From contig NMRA01000129.1 of NCBI GenBank assembly GCA_002633005.1, positions 624,570-688,569 on the forward strand: a stretch of DNA of 64,000 bases. Reading direction: 5' to 3'. A program made the translations under genes and the position numbers. The notes under the pieces were generated by a model that did no database searches, had not been told where the DNA came from, and worked only from the letters and a program-made list of their open reading frames with translations. The stretch comes from Phoronis australis (Eukaryota; Animalia; Phoronida). How positions within the stretch are numbered: the stretch's first letter is position 1; each line of letters opens with the position of its first letter. Of this stretch, positions 39,333 through 52,933 are shown in pieces.

Positions 39333-40881
39333 TTAAAGGACAATGCCACCTGATTTAATTAGTCTTTTTTACCGTCTTAATCGGTCTATATCCACATCGC
39401 CTCTTATACGGTCGACCTCACCTTGCCGAGAGGTGCCGCGTTAACCTGTGTGGAAGGTGAGAAACGACGCAGCGACGTCAGTGGTTCATTTGCAAAGTGA
39501 ATGCCGCTATATTGCTCGCGGTAGTGAAGAATGAAAGGTAAGCTGTTAATAGCAAGTATGTTGCCGTGAAATATCTCCGTGTCTGTGGCCGGCATTTCGT
39601 CGACAGTGATGTCTCTGACGAATTCCGGCTTACCAAAGAACTATCCGTACGTTCCGTTGCCTGTGCATGTTCAAGGCGCCTGTCTAGTATTTCTTGATCA
39701 GTGTATTCCGGCTCGATAGAACTGATAGTCTGTGAAACCTAACGATTCGACCCGTGAAGTCTTCGTCGGATGAGCTCTTGGCTAAGTCGGGATTGGCGCC
39801 AGGCGAGTTGCCATGTGGACGTTTATTATTCTGCGTTCTGTTTCAAAGTGAATTATTCTCATCCTAACCAATGCTTATATGGAACTGAAACAATTCAGTC
39901 TGTCTCATTAGATACAATTTGTAATGCCTTGGACTGCTTGTGAGTGCAAATGTTCAAAAAGCTAGCAATGAATAAACCTACCGGCTTTTGATGCCGGCAA
40001 CAACCGAGGCCGTGTGAGCGCATGCTAATTCAGTGTTTGCTGAAAAGAAAGCGGTTGTGAAACAATACTCGATTTTATATGCTATGGTCAAATGTTAGGG
40101 TGATCTTTATTTTGAAAAACAAATACATTATTCAAATCATTGTTACTGCACAACCTTTGCCCTGACGGTCTGTGGAAAGGGAACCCGACTTCGTGGCCGG
40201 CCCCCGACAAGTAAGTAGACTTTCAGTTTCGTGGCTAATTCAAATATGAATTATGTGCACATTATTTCTTTGGCTCACTACTATAGTCTTTTCGTGACTG
40301 AAGGTTTAGTGGCCAAGTCAAGCTGGTTTATGTTAGTGCCAGTACCGGCGGCCGCGACGGGCCTGATCGGGTTCCGAGCCACTGGCCGGGATAACAAGCC
40401 TTTTGTGTGTTTAGAACTCAAAAAAAATCACAAGTATAAACAACACAGATCTAAATTCTCCTGTCTGTATACTTCGAATTTATCTCCGAACAGACCCCAA
40501 ACTCCTGCTACGGACCTTGGTAAATTGGCCTGCAGAACTTTGTAGGCTACGGTGTGTCCACTAATACCAGTAAATCCGTAACAACTAAATAAAACAACAC
40601 GTTTTTATAAGAACTCGGTGTATTTTTAAGGGTTTTATATCGAAGTGTGATGATTTATTGGTGTTGAACGATGAATTCAAGCGAAAAGCTGACACCAGTA
40701 ACCCGTGTTGTGAACTGCTGAACAGACTGCGCGTGAAACCAATTACGTCATTGGATAATTTCAATACCTCCGTCTGCCGTCAGGTGTCAGGTAACGCAAC
40801 CGAACGTGCCGTTATCGAGTAGAACTACTCGATCTAAATTGATACAAAATAGGTTGTTTTTTGGGTGGCATTCTTCTTTAA
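39333..40881 (+). mobile_element. TTAA-flanked Kolobok-like DNA transposon derivative with THAP remnant
   Basis: ttaa-aggacaatgccacc ... ggtggcattcttct-ttaa inverted termini; internal KYLRVCGRHFVDSD at ~39570-39610. Confidence 0.65.
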
Positions 40882-41529
40882 AGTTCCTTTTCACTTTCAC
40901 AGCGAAATATAGAAAGCTTTTTGTTGTCAACATACATGGGTTACTTGAAATCGTGGTAGAGTTCAATAGCTCAAAATCACGTGTTCTCATATATTTATTC
41001 ATTGATTTATTTATTCAAACTTCTTTAAAAAGACTGGGTGACCACTTCAATGAATACGTTGATTTTCAAGTGGGCCCAGTCGGAAATAATAGTACATGAA
41101 GTAAAATACAGAGAGCTGCATACAGATAGATTGAAAAGATTAATGAAATAAATAAACTAGTTATAAACTAGTTACTATGAACAATTAGATTTAAAATACA
41201 CGACAAAATCTCACGTAATTTCGCGAAGTCTTGCTTGTTAGCGAGGTCTTAGCGCATGTCCTAGCGTTACTGAACTATGTCTCGCCAGTACACGTTATAC
41301 AAGTCTGAGAGTATGGATCAAAAGCTTTACGCCTAGAGTGTCTGGAACTGACTTGACAAAAATTCCATCTCGCTTCGAAAGTTTCGCCGGCGGTATTTAC
41401 CAACAATGCCGCAAAATCAGCCGAGCACTTTGGAAGCCCTCGTTTTCGCGCCTTTGGAGTTCCACTTGTTCTTTCATAATTGTTGTATCCTTTACAAGTT
41501 TTTCTCAGCTGCATTACTCTATCTGTCCT

Positions 41530-41890
41530 TCCAATGCCAACGAAGTTTTAATACTGTGCTGTGGGCTGCAACTCCGACGGGATCAAGTTAGACAAACAAT
41601 CACACGTTAATGCGTCGCCTTCCCGACATCACTCTATAAGACCAAATAAGGAGCGAGTGGATAAAGCAAATTATTCGGGTAAAATTTGAACCAGATAGAA
41701 TCACCTTTCATGAATATACGTTTTCAATTCCGGTACTTTTTAACGGTTGAAATCGAGAATATTTCCACGGCCATACATCTCGACGATATCCGATATAACC
41801 TGTAAGAGTGTGCCCGATATTCCAAAATGAGACCAATGCAATCAACGCGCTTTCTTACTTCCGGGACAAAGGTTCCATCGCTGTGTAATC
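41530..41890 (+). pseudogene. Another degenerate THAP-domain remnant
   Basis: MPTKF*YCAVGCNSD...RSEWIKQIIRVKFEP...VPSL across frameshifts and stops. Confidence 0.4.
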
Positions 41891-44800
41891 CAGGACGGCC
41901 CTATTAGAAACAGTTTACAAAGAGACATTTTCAAATGTTAAATACAAAATACAGAAATACAGAGTGGCATTATTTTTAAGATTCTCCTTAGTATTCATGT
42001 CTCATCTGTAGGCTTTGCACTTATCCTACAGAGGGAGAAGAAAATACGATGATGAACACGACGACAAAAGTGACGAATAAAGAAGAGGAGAAGAGAGTTG
42101 GACAAAGGGAAGACAACGGTGACGAAGAAAAAAGAAGAAAGAAGCGGGAGAACAAAAAGACGCCAGCGTGGAAGGAGAAGAAGAAAAAGAATATGAAAGC
42201 GACCAACGACGAAGAGTAGGAAGCAGAAGGTCAAGGAAAAGATTTGGTTTGAAAAACGTTCTCAACCTCTGCTGACGTTGTTAAGATATTATTTGTATTG
42301 CCGTGCGTAGGGTTTGGATTCCGACTGAGGTGGTCTGGTTTATGTAAGTTTTTAGCGTTCCTATACATATAAACATATTGGGGTGGCGTAATTTTTTTAA
42401 TCTTGCCAGTGGTTTGTTTTTATTGACCTAAATTCGATATTTATTTAAAAAATTGAGTCAAGTTATTCCATCCACTGTGAGATCTTGTTTGTGGGCAAAC
42501 AAGATTATCCATGTCGTTTGTATGTGATTTTTAAAAGGTATTTACTTGAAATTTCCCCAAATTTGTAAGTGCCCACCATCACAAAATTTTGCTCAGTCAC
42601 TCACTATGTTGTAGCCTCTGACATTACCAAATCGGACAAATACATTTGCTGATACGTTCACTATTGTTCAACACAAAGACAACAGGAAGTCCCACACACT
42701 TACACTCACAGTGTTTGTTTGGGTTGGATGTCTGGAAACGATGTCATAGGACAATTTAAGAACATCTATTTGTAGAACACAATGCTAGTCAGCTGTAGCG
42801 CTGATCTGATTTAAGCATTTCATTTTCAGTTAAATCAGTTTGTAATATTTGTAGGGAATATACCTTCAAGACGTCCAGTAACTAAAATTTAAAAAATGTA
42901 CACCTCTTCTTACACAGTATAAACCTTACTGACGCTGTCGCCATTTTAGTAGTGGGTAAACAAGCTGATGATTTAATAGTTTACGTTCAGTTGTTTGACA
43001 TTATTTCAAGCTGAAAAGCTGATTGGCAATGGATGTCAAGAATTCGTTTCACTGAAAAGATTCTGTATTTTTCGGCCCTCTGATCACTTCAACTTGGTAC
43101 TCCGTTAAATTCCATGAAACAGGCATTTTTGAAGGCCATGCATAAAAATGCCGACCTTAAAGTTAGGCAGGACCTTTGGCTAACTTCGGAAAATCAATTT
43201 TCAGAAACGTCTTATCGGATTTACACGAAACTTTCAGTCAGGTATAATGCACTGTGCACTGTTCTCCACATACTTAATTTTCGTGATAACCTCGTCAGTG
43301 AATTGCAACTTTGAATACGCGTTTGTCAAAAAAAAAAAAATAATGGGACTCTTTCTGTCAATACCACATCAACGATTTTTAGAAATGATTCCATTGCCCG
43401 AAAACAACGGAAATACCACCAATCAAAATCTCAATCCCAAATATTTATGGATAACTGACAACGCTGTTGTTTGATGATAAACAACAAGTGTTTTCCCTCG
43501 GTCATTAACTATGAAAATAACTGCGCAATCTTTTGAACATCTACTGAAGCGTTAAAGAAAACTAGAATGTTTTAAATTGCCAAAAGCATATAAAATTGAA
43601 AGCCCGAAAAATGGCCAATCGATATTTGCCACGTGCTGGAGTCATCTTTCCATAACTCGCACATGTATCACATAAAAATGCGCTGAAAGAATTACCTCGG
43701 GTAGTAATGAAAAACAGTTGCCACTTCATACAATAAGTACACTTAAGATTGACATCTACGCAAGCTACAAATAATGGCAATAAACAGGAAAGTTTTAATT
43801 TGGCTCAAATCTCTGTTTTTAAAAAGTGAGTCTACTCAAATTATCGGAAATCAGCGACGAGACGGGAATGAAAAACCGGAAGTTTTGTTGTCGCAAAAGA
43901 GACTCGCCCGCCACACCTACAGCCACGGAATTATACCAAAGGACCGGTGGCTGCACATTAATCACTGAACGGACACACGAACTTACGCAAAGAAAGATGT
44001 TTAATAAAACGGCCAACTGGTTCTCATGACTAGATGTTATTTATTTATTTCAAATATTCAAGACCGTACGCCCAAAGTACATTTTCTAACAATTTAAAAA
44101 GTATTACAGAGGCACGGTTACAAGCATTTAATGTATACTGATGATCTCTTGCAAATGTTATCAGAGCTTAAACCCCTGATACTAACTCGGCATTGCGTTT
44201 AACACGGGTTGACAAGAGCGGTATAAACTAGGACGTATATCTTACTTGGTCAACACGCGTCCAATCACCATCCAAGCTTCCTGTCCTCGATCACCTCAGC
44301 CGCGGAAACAGAACACAGTCAATTTTATAATATCCACCAGTAATATAATGCAGAACAAGACACTTATTCGCTTCCAGAAAACGAACAAGACTATATTTTA
44401 CTCAAATATGTATTATACAGTAAAATGGCGAACTATAGACCAGAGGACTACAGTTTCACGCTGGTGTTGGCATACGTGGTAAATACATATACAACTCAAA
44501 CAGCCGTAAACACACTTTCTTTACATAACAAAACGCATTAAATTTCAATACAAACCCTTTAAAAATAAAACTTCCGGCGTACACTGATGAAAAAAACACT
44601 TAGAATAACTGGTAGAGCATGGGAAACAATTCACACTAAGCATGGGATTGAGGACTTGTCTAATTTAGATGCAATAAGGTAGTTGTGCCGGTAGTTCTTA
44701 TTTTATTTATTTATTTATTTATATTTTTAGATACTAAAAAAGCAAAATTTTGAATGAATACTGAGCTGTGATATCAGGCTGTGATGTGCGAATGCAATCT

Positions 44801-45137
44801 AGGCCTAGTTCAAAATTCGAATAGTAACTAGGAAAATAAATAAATCTTCTTGTTCCTTTCATTTCTGATTGTTTTGTCTGTGACAAGGTTTGTCTTTCTA
44901 ATTTATTTATTCCCAGAATAATATTTTTAAAAAAATTATGCATACAAAATAAGTTTTGAAATGTATTGTTACACCATTAGAATAGCGTGTTTTGACACAC
45001 GTCATTAAAAATATACATCGGTGGTGGACGTTAGATCCTGCGGTTGCATTAGGTATAACATTCAGTTTCTGATGAGAAGATCTGCATAGCCGGAGAAACT
45101 ATTGTTAAACATCAATCGACGCTGAAAATGGCAGTAA

Positions 45138-45332
45138 TCAACACATAGGAGCGTCCTTAAAAACTCCGAAAACATTTATCAAAAGAAATGTAATGACATT
45201 GAGCACGACTAGGCTTCCCATAGAAATGCTTCCAGCGGACATTAACTGTTCTCTGCTTGAATTTCGCAGTTTCACGGCCAGTGCTACTTTGACATAACCC
45301 CATAAAACGGTCATCGTTAACCAGGCAGACAC
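45138..45332 (-). CDS. SLC52A3: SLC52 copy A exon 3
   Basis: tttcAG|GTG; VSAWLTMTVLWGYVKV...FKDAPMC*. Confidence 0.88.
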   Translation of the reverse strand: MSAWLTMTVLWGYVKVALAVKLRNSSREQLMSAGSISMGSLVVLNVITFLLINVFGVFKDAPMC

Positions 45333-48300
45333 CTGAAATATATAAAACGATATTTTTTGTTGCCCGTTAGCACTTGACAATAGATCATTATCAATTTACT
45401 ACTTGCCGAAAAAATGATATAAGAAACTATTGAAAGCCACATAAAATGCACATAATTAAGTGTAGCGATATATACCGTTGTCGGAACGATTACGTTTTCA
45501 TGTCGAAAACGCAACGTTTCTTTGCATTTTAAAAACTTTTTCTTAAACGAGTTTTCATTTTTGTATCGTTTTACCTGTCCGCACATGTACACCCGAAAAA
45601 ACAAAGGTCTCTTTGTATGTTCAAAAAGTTTTAACTTCCAAGTTTTTCATCCAGAAGAATACACTTATAAGAATGTGGTCAGTGTTGTCGAAACGTTTCG
45701 TTTTCGCTGTCTACACGAGTGCAGGGAAAATTGCGTTCCTTAAAAATAAGTACCGTAGAAAGCGTTACCATGAATTTGCATTAGTTGTCGTTTTTAGTCA
45801 TGCTCGTTCGATACAAAGTAATTCATTCATTTCACTATAACGTCGTACCGGAAATGACGCACTGAGCGTATTTTTAGTGGATACATGAAGACAGAAGACG
45901 TAACCTTAAAGAATACGTTACGCTTTCAAATGAAAACAAAATCGTGTGGAAGTGGCCTTGACGCTTCTCAGAATTTGACATGACATAAACACTGGACTGG
46001 AGTTAGTTGCAGGTTTGATCTGACAGTCACCCTGTATGAGGTTTACTTAACGAGAAAAAAGATCACTCATGAATACCGATAGCCACACCAAGGCGTGTCG
46101 GTCAGTTTGAAGACCAGCCGACAGATTTGACCCGAAATTAAAGTGATACTTGATGGGCACAACAGCGCAAGTAGCCTAAACACTCCAACATGAGAAAAAC
46201 GCTCAAAGAGAATTCCACGTGCAATTTAGAATAGATTTGAGAAGTGCAATATCTCTGAAACTATTTTCAAACATTAACCGCCTCTTTATGGGGCCATTGT
46301 TTTGTTTACATCTAATGTCAAAGGTCATATTTTCATGTTAAGGAAATGCGCTTCGTCTAGGTCTTGTCATACCAAATAAGGAGACATGCTTGGCCTTGTG
46401 GGAGCAACGTGGGCGTGACGAGCACTTGGCAGATCGTTTTTTTTTTGAAATTTGAAACCAAAAGAAAAATGCTTTGACACCAACAGAAATTCACAGTCTT
46501 TACGNACTGGAGTTAGTTGCAGGTTTGATCTGACAGTCACCCTGTATGAGGTTTACTTAACGAGAAAAAAGATCACTCATGAATACCGATAGCCACACCA
46601 AGGCGTGTCGGTCAGTTTGAAGACCAGCCGACAGATTTGACCCGAAATTAAAGTGATACTTGATGGGCACAACAGCGCAAGTAGCCTAAACACTCCAACA
46701 TGAGAAAAACGCTCAAAGAGAATTCCACGCGCAATTTAGAATAGATTTGAGAAGTGCAATATCTCTGAAACTATTTTCAAACATCAACCGCCTCTTTATG
46801 GGGCCATTGTTTTGTTTACATCTAATGTCAAAGGTCATATTTTCATGTTAAGGAAATGCGCTTCGTCTAGGTCTTGTCATACCAAATAAGGAGACCTGCT
46901 TTGCCTTGTGGGAGCAACGTGGGCGTGACGAGCAGTTGGCAGATCGTTTTTTTTTGAAATTTGAAACCAAAAGAAAAATGCTTTGACACCAACAGAAATT
47001 CAAAGTCTTTACGTGCAAACCCTAAAATTACATAGTAAATACGTTGAGTTCTGTTTCAGTGACAGAGAAAGACTTTGAATGTTGAATTTAGTTTGTTTTT
47101 TCGCGTTTCACACCTTTTAAAGAACTCGTTTCACAAGCCATTAACTCGTTTCCATGACATAGTAACTCGTGACCACAAATTAACAACTCGTCCTCTCACG
47201 AGTTATTAACCACTTAACAACTGGTTACCACTCGTCGTGGGAACGATTTAGTTAACTACTCATTCTCACGATCTTTTTAGGCGTCCCGTCGGGGGCTCTA
47301 TAGTGGTATGAAGAGAATTAGGAAAACAATAAGCTGTTCCATGGCATTTGTCGGCATTTAGAGCACAAGAACAGTACTAATAAAAAGAATCTAGTTACCG
47401 CAAGAACAGGCCCGACAACCGTGTCTTGCATAGGAGGGTACGGACTAAGGGCAGCCAAAGCAATTATGTATACACACGGCACCAGTCCCAGGAATGTTAT
47501 GCAGGTGATCACTTTAGTCGAGCGAGTGGGAAAGATGTAGGCAACGAAACTGGATATCGGAAGAAGGACGCGATTGAGACGGTTTCCCAAGCTGAAGGGA
47601 AGATTGCCTGGAAAGAAATAAGACCTCGAGTCTTTAAATTATTAAGCAAACGCGTGTTTTTCAATGTCACCAAGTGTGCGTGTGCGGTGTAATGTAATTT
47701 GAAGTCGAGACAATCCAGCAATCAGTACCTAAACTTACCCAAAACAAAAGCAGATTTGAACCATATTTACGGCAATGCAAAAAGAATTTGGATTTCCGAC
47801 AACCAGGAGGGTCACAGATGTGCTAAAACTGCAGTCGTTACTAGACCTAGCATGTAAATAATTGTGTTGTGTTTTGTGTGTTTGTAATTTCTATGCACAA
47901 CTCTAGCCTTCCATGTGTTGCGGGCTACAGCGTTGTTCGCTTTATAACTGATTAGTACTGTTGGTTTCGCTGGTTTATTTGAAAACTTATGAAACAAACA
48001 AAAAACAGTTGACCCTTAATCATTGTTCTTTTATTTTCTAACGACTTCCAAACGTTGAGAAAGTCAAAGAATATAATCTAATTTGCATCCCTGCATGTAT
48101 CAGGTACATCAATCAACTTACCGTACGGCAATAATGAATAAGTCTGAAGAGGATACAACACACCGTATTGGACTCCAGTCTGCAGGCCATACTGAGAAAC
48201 AATTAACACATATTCCCAAAATGACAGTTTGCCTTTTCCCTCCACTTCAACGACTTTTACATTAGCATGGTCTTCGTTGAGGTTTTCTTTCAGGAAAGCT

Positions 48301-49142
48301 TCTTTTGTGTCACTGTCGCGCTTTTTTGTATCATCGTTGTCGTTGTCTGTGTCTCCACTTGAAACATGGTGTTTCTTGCACCACGGATGAAAGTTAATGA
48401 GAGCAAAAGACAGACAACTGAGGGCCAAAATTGTGCTTACGATGGACAAAAATGCCTCTATAGAAAAAAGGGGGTCTCGTAATACAGCTTCAACCTTCCA
48501 CGTGAGGTTGTCACGCGAGAAGTTATACACTGAGGGAGTTTGGGATACGTTTCCTAATTCAATCCCGATGTCGTCACTGTAGGTGCTGTCATTGGTAGTT
48601 GATGGTACTGTCACGTTGACACAGTCATAATCACCCGCTCCTTGTAACAGAGCAAATACGGACGGGATGAACCCGCACAGGCCTTCTCCAACAAAAAAGG
48701 CCGAGACGTAAGCTTCAGGTAACCGCGAAAGGTAGGCTAAAAATGCCACCGTAGATGTGGAATCCACTGTGCAGAGAAAGAAACATAAGCACAAGAATGC
48801 AAGACTTCGCGGTTCACCACCAATATCAACTGTCTTGTGCCAGAAAAATATTTGCAAGACGCTGCCTAAGAAACCTGTGGCAATTACGATGAAGATGACG
48901 GGAACTTCACGGAAGATCCGAGGTTTGTACTTGCTACCCAAGTTATATATGATCGGAAAAATGGCCGTTGCGTCACAGATGAGGAGAAGATAGCTTGGAA
49001 GAGCCCAATATTCCGGAAGACGATTCACTAGCAACGGAAGTTCTGCCCATAACGCATCTATGTCAATCCACGAAGAGATGTTGAAGAGAATTACCAGGAT
49101 GTACAGAGGAATGGAAATGCTACCGTCCTTTTGAGAGCTCAT
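45138..49142 (-). CDS. SLC52A3: SLC52-family riboflavin transporter (SLC52A3-like), copy A; exons 48122-49142, 47399-47607, 45138-45332; 474 aa
   Basis: SSWIDIDALWAELPLLVNRLPEYWALPSYL, VDSTSTVAFL, FFVGEGLCGFIPS, YSLLPYG, ALSPYPP, GYVK motifs; canonical splice sites, phases 1 and 0, intact frame. Confidence 0.9.
45996..47013. repeat. Near-identical ~509-bp direct duplication separated by a single N (likely haplotype-overlap assembly artefact)
   Basis: 45996-46504 and 46506-47013 differ by a few SNPs; n at 46505. Confidence 0.9.
47120..47305. mobile_element. Terminal fragment of a non-autonomous DNA transposon with (aactcgt) subterminal repeats
   Basis: Repeated actcgt/acgag motifs ending gggggctctatag. 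Confidence 0.4.
47399..47607 (-). CDS. SLC52A3: SLC52 copy A exon 2
   Basis: AG/GTAACT sites; NLPFSLGNRL...GPVLA. Confidence 0.88.
48122..49142 (-). CDS. SLC52A3: SLC52 copy A exon 1
   Basis: ATG to G|GTAAGT, 340 codons + 1 nt. Confidence 0.92.
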
Positions 49143-50869
49143 CTTGTCAGATGAAAATCCGATCTACTTTCAAATGAAAGATGGTGAATGACTGAAGACA
49201 TGAGCGCGCTGTTATCTTTATTTACCCTTTAGATTTATTCATGTACATGTCAAGAGCGTACTAGGTTTTATGGGCCTCGGGTGAATAAAAATTAGCAAAC
49301 TCTTCCAAAGGTGTGTATTTTTAAGATGAATTTCAGCTGGTCAAGTTTGTCCAAATACTTTACAAGAGCACTCAGAGTTCTCAGCACAATCCCAGGCACT
49401 TCCAATACCTTTCTCGAGGACCGCCTTATCTTCTTGTAAATACAATCACTAATTCCCTTCTCTATAAAAAGAGCATTCAGTCTGAGCTCCATTTTGATTA
49501 TCAGTTATTCTAACTACTTAATTATCCCTATCGTACCAAGCCATTGGTTTCGTAGCTGGAAAGCGCTTCTAAAGACTTTTGTGCAAACTACGTACGCTAT
49601 CTGCGTCAGGGAGATGCGCACGCAATTGAAAGTGAGATACGGAGACACTATCCTACTTTTCCGTATCGAATTTGCAATTGCCAAAAATGATTCGTCTGGA
49701 ACAAAGCACATATTTGCCTGCATTGCATAGTTTGCGCCAGGAAGACGTTATTATTGCCAATGTCTTCCTTCTAACATGTAACTAGATAAACCCTGGCTTC
49801 CATCAAGAAAACTAAATTTTGGTTGAGGGCATTTACAATCACATATCTGTTACTAAGCTGTTCCTTGCTCGGATGAGATGTGATTTCTGGCTTGAGAACA
49901 ACTGACAGTTCGTTAATGCTTAAAATCAAGAGCGATAACTTGGTTTGTCACAGCAGGTCAAATGCGCTGAGCACTGCGAAGCTGTCTGTTTTTCCATACG
50001 CCAGAAACACCCCTCATCTGCCCGAGAAACAAAGAGAACAACTGTATAGTGAAAAATGGTCTCAATCAAAATAGGTTGACTGTCAAAGGCGGGTTCGTGG
50101 TCCCATTAGACTGTAAGTTAATTCGAAATTCGAAGCCATCCACCTGGGCGAGTATAAACTAAAATTGTTTCTTATTCCGGACAGGTTCAGTGTCATTTTT
50201 GAATGAAATCATAGAATTCTAGCCCTTGAATGCCAACTTGGACTTGGCGCTGCTATGGAATTTGTCTGCATTCGTTTGTTTCGGTGTTGGTTCTTTCTAT
50301 GGAATTGACAGTGACCAAAACTTCGCAATTCCGCCGTTTTCCAGCCGAATTGCATAGAAAGCCCTTCATCAGTGTTTGATTATACCAAAAGCAAAAGATA
50401 AACACTTTACTTGATAAATAATTAAAATTTTGTATAATTGACAGGTTTTGAAATATTTTATTCTAAAAACCATGCAATTTCGGGGTAGTGAACCTTTGGA
50501 GCAATGTCTTCGAAGTAGTGGGCTGTTCTCATTTCCAACACTGTGAGCAACTTTAGTAACATGGCATGCATTTCTTCAAACCATTCTCTGACTAACTATT
50601 CCGTCCGAGTATGTGATGGAGTATAATCACTCATTTTTAAGGCACACATGGTTTGAAAATTTGACAGAGAATATCGCTTAGTAATCCAGAAAGAGAAATT
50701 TGTGGATCACAATATATCCGGGTCCCGGTGTTTGCGAGTAACCGTAGTGGCGTCCTGCTTTCTGGGTTTAGGTCTACAAAGTCCGTCGCATCTCAAGAAA
50801 ATGGGGCCAACAATTCATCGTCGTTGATACGGATTTCCCTTCTGCCGGGTTTAGCTGCGTTAAGGCGNA

Positions 50870-51240
50870 ATTAGCCGGTGGAGCGTGAGACCCCTGAGGT
50901 CCCAATCGAGTCCTCACGACAACTTCGCGTTATGGATCTTCGGTAAGAACCCCACCGACATAAGTTCACTGGTGATGGTAAAACATCCTAAACCGATCTC
51001 AACAGGAATGTGATACGTAATGGCTCCATTCGCCATAGCTCTGACCACGTCACTCGCCTTCCAGGTAGGTTCAATCTTGTCCAGGCACCCTGGTGTCCAT
51101 GTTCCACAGGTCTGGCTTGACCCACGGCTTTTTCTGACCGCCTCACTTCCTCTTGCACCACCTTCATACGCTTCTTCTCCTCGGCTGATCTCCATTGTCT
51201 GAACTCTAAAGTCCCCATCCCTTGCCGGCCAAAACATGTA
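50870..51240 (-). mobile_element. Fragment of an R2/Hero-like non-LTR retrotransposon (region downstream of RT)
   Basis: KVVQEEVRRSE...QGAWTRLNLPGRRVTWSELWRMEPLRITFLLRSV*DVLPSPVNLCRWG, with in-frame stop. Confidence 0.75.
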
Positions 51241-52888
51241 TTTCTAATAATATCAGTTATAGTGACTATGCCCTCTGCATCTTCAGAAGCTGAACTTGCT
51301 GATCACTTCTGTCCTGTTCGTGTCAATGCCCGCATTTTGAACCTTTATATTTGTTTAATCACGAGGGTCATCACCAATTTACACTTTGCCACCTTAATTC
51401 TTTAACCAGAGATGACAACGGTAACTAGAGCTCACAAGACCGGCTGAACAGCCCTATCTGAGAGAAACTGGGTGGTACTCCAAGACACCTTCTTAGCACA
51501 CTTATAACTTTCCGCTAGATCTAGCCAGCTGTATTCAACGGCACCTCATGCAACATCAGTCTATACAGCATACGTGGAAGAAGTCCATGTTGGTATATCC
51601 TGACAAGCCACTACTATTTTTTCTTTAACAACTTGCTAGTTTGCTGGACTACATTTTTAACGTNTACAAGGAAAAAATGGCGGCGTTCAGGACAAGTTCC
51701 TGAACTGATGAGCCGGAAATGTGGGTACGGAAATAACCGATGACAACCGGTAATCATACGCTCAGAGAGAAGGGTCAAATACTGTTACAAAATCGCTTTT
51801 GGCAAGAAAGGCGAAAAGAATATAAAGAAAGGGTGTCGAAAATAAGAATTTATGTAGTAAGTATTTTCGGATACTGGAACCACATGGGCAGTTTGCAACA
51901 AGGACTTTAAGCACATGAGTGAAGCAGTGGCGGATCTACGGGGGAGGGGGAGTTCACGGAGTTTAAACCCCCCTTGGGACAGGACTAAAAACAAGAATAA
52001 AAAAAACGTCATCAACAAAACAAAAACGGCACCGACAGCTTGTGTAAACTCCAAGTAAACCACCTCAAAAAATTGAGGGGGCTTCACCCTAGCAATATAA
52101 TGTCTTTGCATTGGGATTTGCTGTAATCACGAAAAACAACGCATTTCGAGTTTTCGTGGCTCATCGGCAAGTTGAGCGGATTTCAGTTGTTGTTATTAAG
52201 AAAATGGACTCTCGAAAATAACAATATTGAATTCATAGCAAAGAGACAATGTTATTTTGAAAACCTTTTACTTACCTATTTCGGTCAACATTCAAGAGTG
52301 AAAAAACAGGACAACTGGATTGAAAAGCGGGACTTAGGAATAACAAGCGGGACATCTCGATCTATACCAAAACGCAGATGTGATATGTTGGGCGCAACAC
52401 GCAAAAAAGTCCCGACAGCTTTTTTGTTATCAAACGAGATACGTAGCATTCAAAGGCGCTAGACGGCTTTTTTTAGTCGAATGGGAAATTACGGATGCCG
52501 TAAAAATGATGCGTGAAATGTTTCCTTTTGTTTTTAGTCGAACGAGAAGTAGGGCTAAGTTGCGTGTGAAATAGTATATGATAATAAGTCAATCAAGTTC
52601 GCCGTAAGTCAAAGAGCGGGACATTTTAATGGTGTAGCGACATCGCGGGAAAAACAAAAATGGGACAAACCGCCAAGATTGGGTCAATCGGCAGGTACAA
52701 TGTAACACAAAGTATTGCACTGGATTCTTTAACAGGGTAAACATTTCATTTTTTAAATTTTATTTCATCGGTGTAGGCAAATACTACAGATAACATTACT
52801 GCTCAGATATCGAAGTGATAAAAAGCATTGCGCAACAGACAGCATAGCTCACACGAGATATAGAAACAATTTGAAACAGTAATAATAC

Positions 52889-52890
52889 AT

Positions 52891-52933
<43 letters not shown>

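Noticed and set aside
39585-39635. ggccggcat start resembling an HDV-like ribozyme
   Set aside because: No nested pseudoknot pairing visible; better explained as THAP codons (CGRHF)
51685-51745. Possible hammerhead ribozyme (hairpin then ctgatgag...gaaa)
   Set aside because: Stem II does not close correctly before GAAA, and no stem I/III partner or cleavage triplet was found
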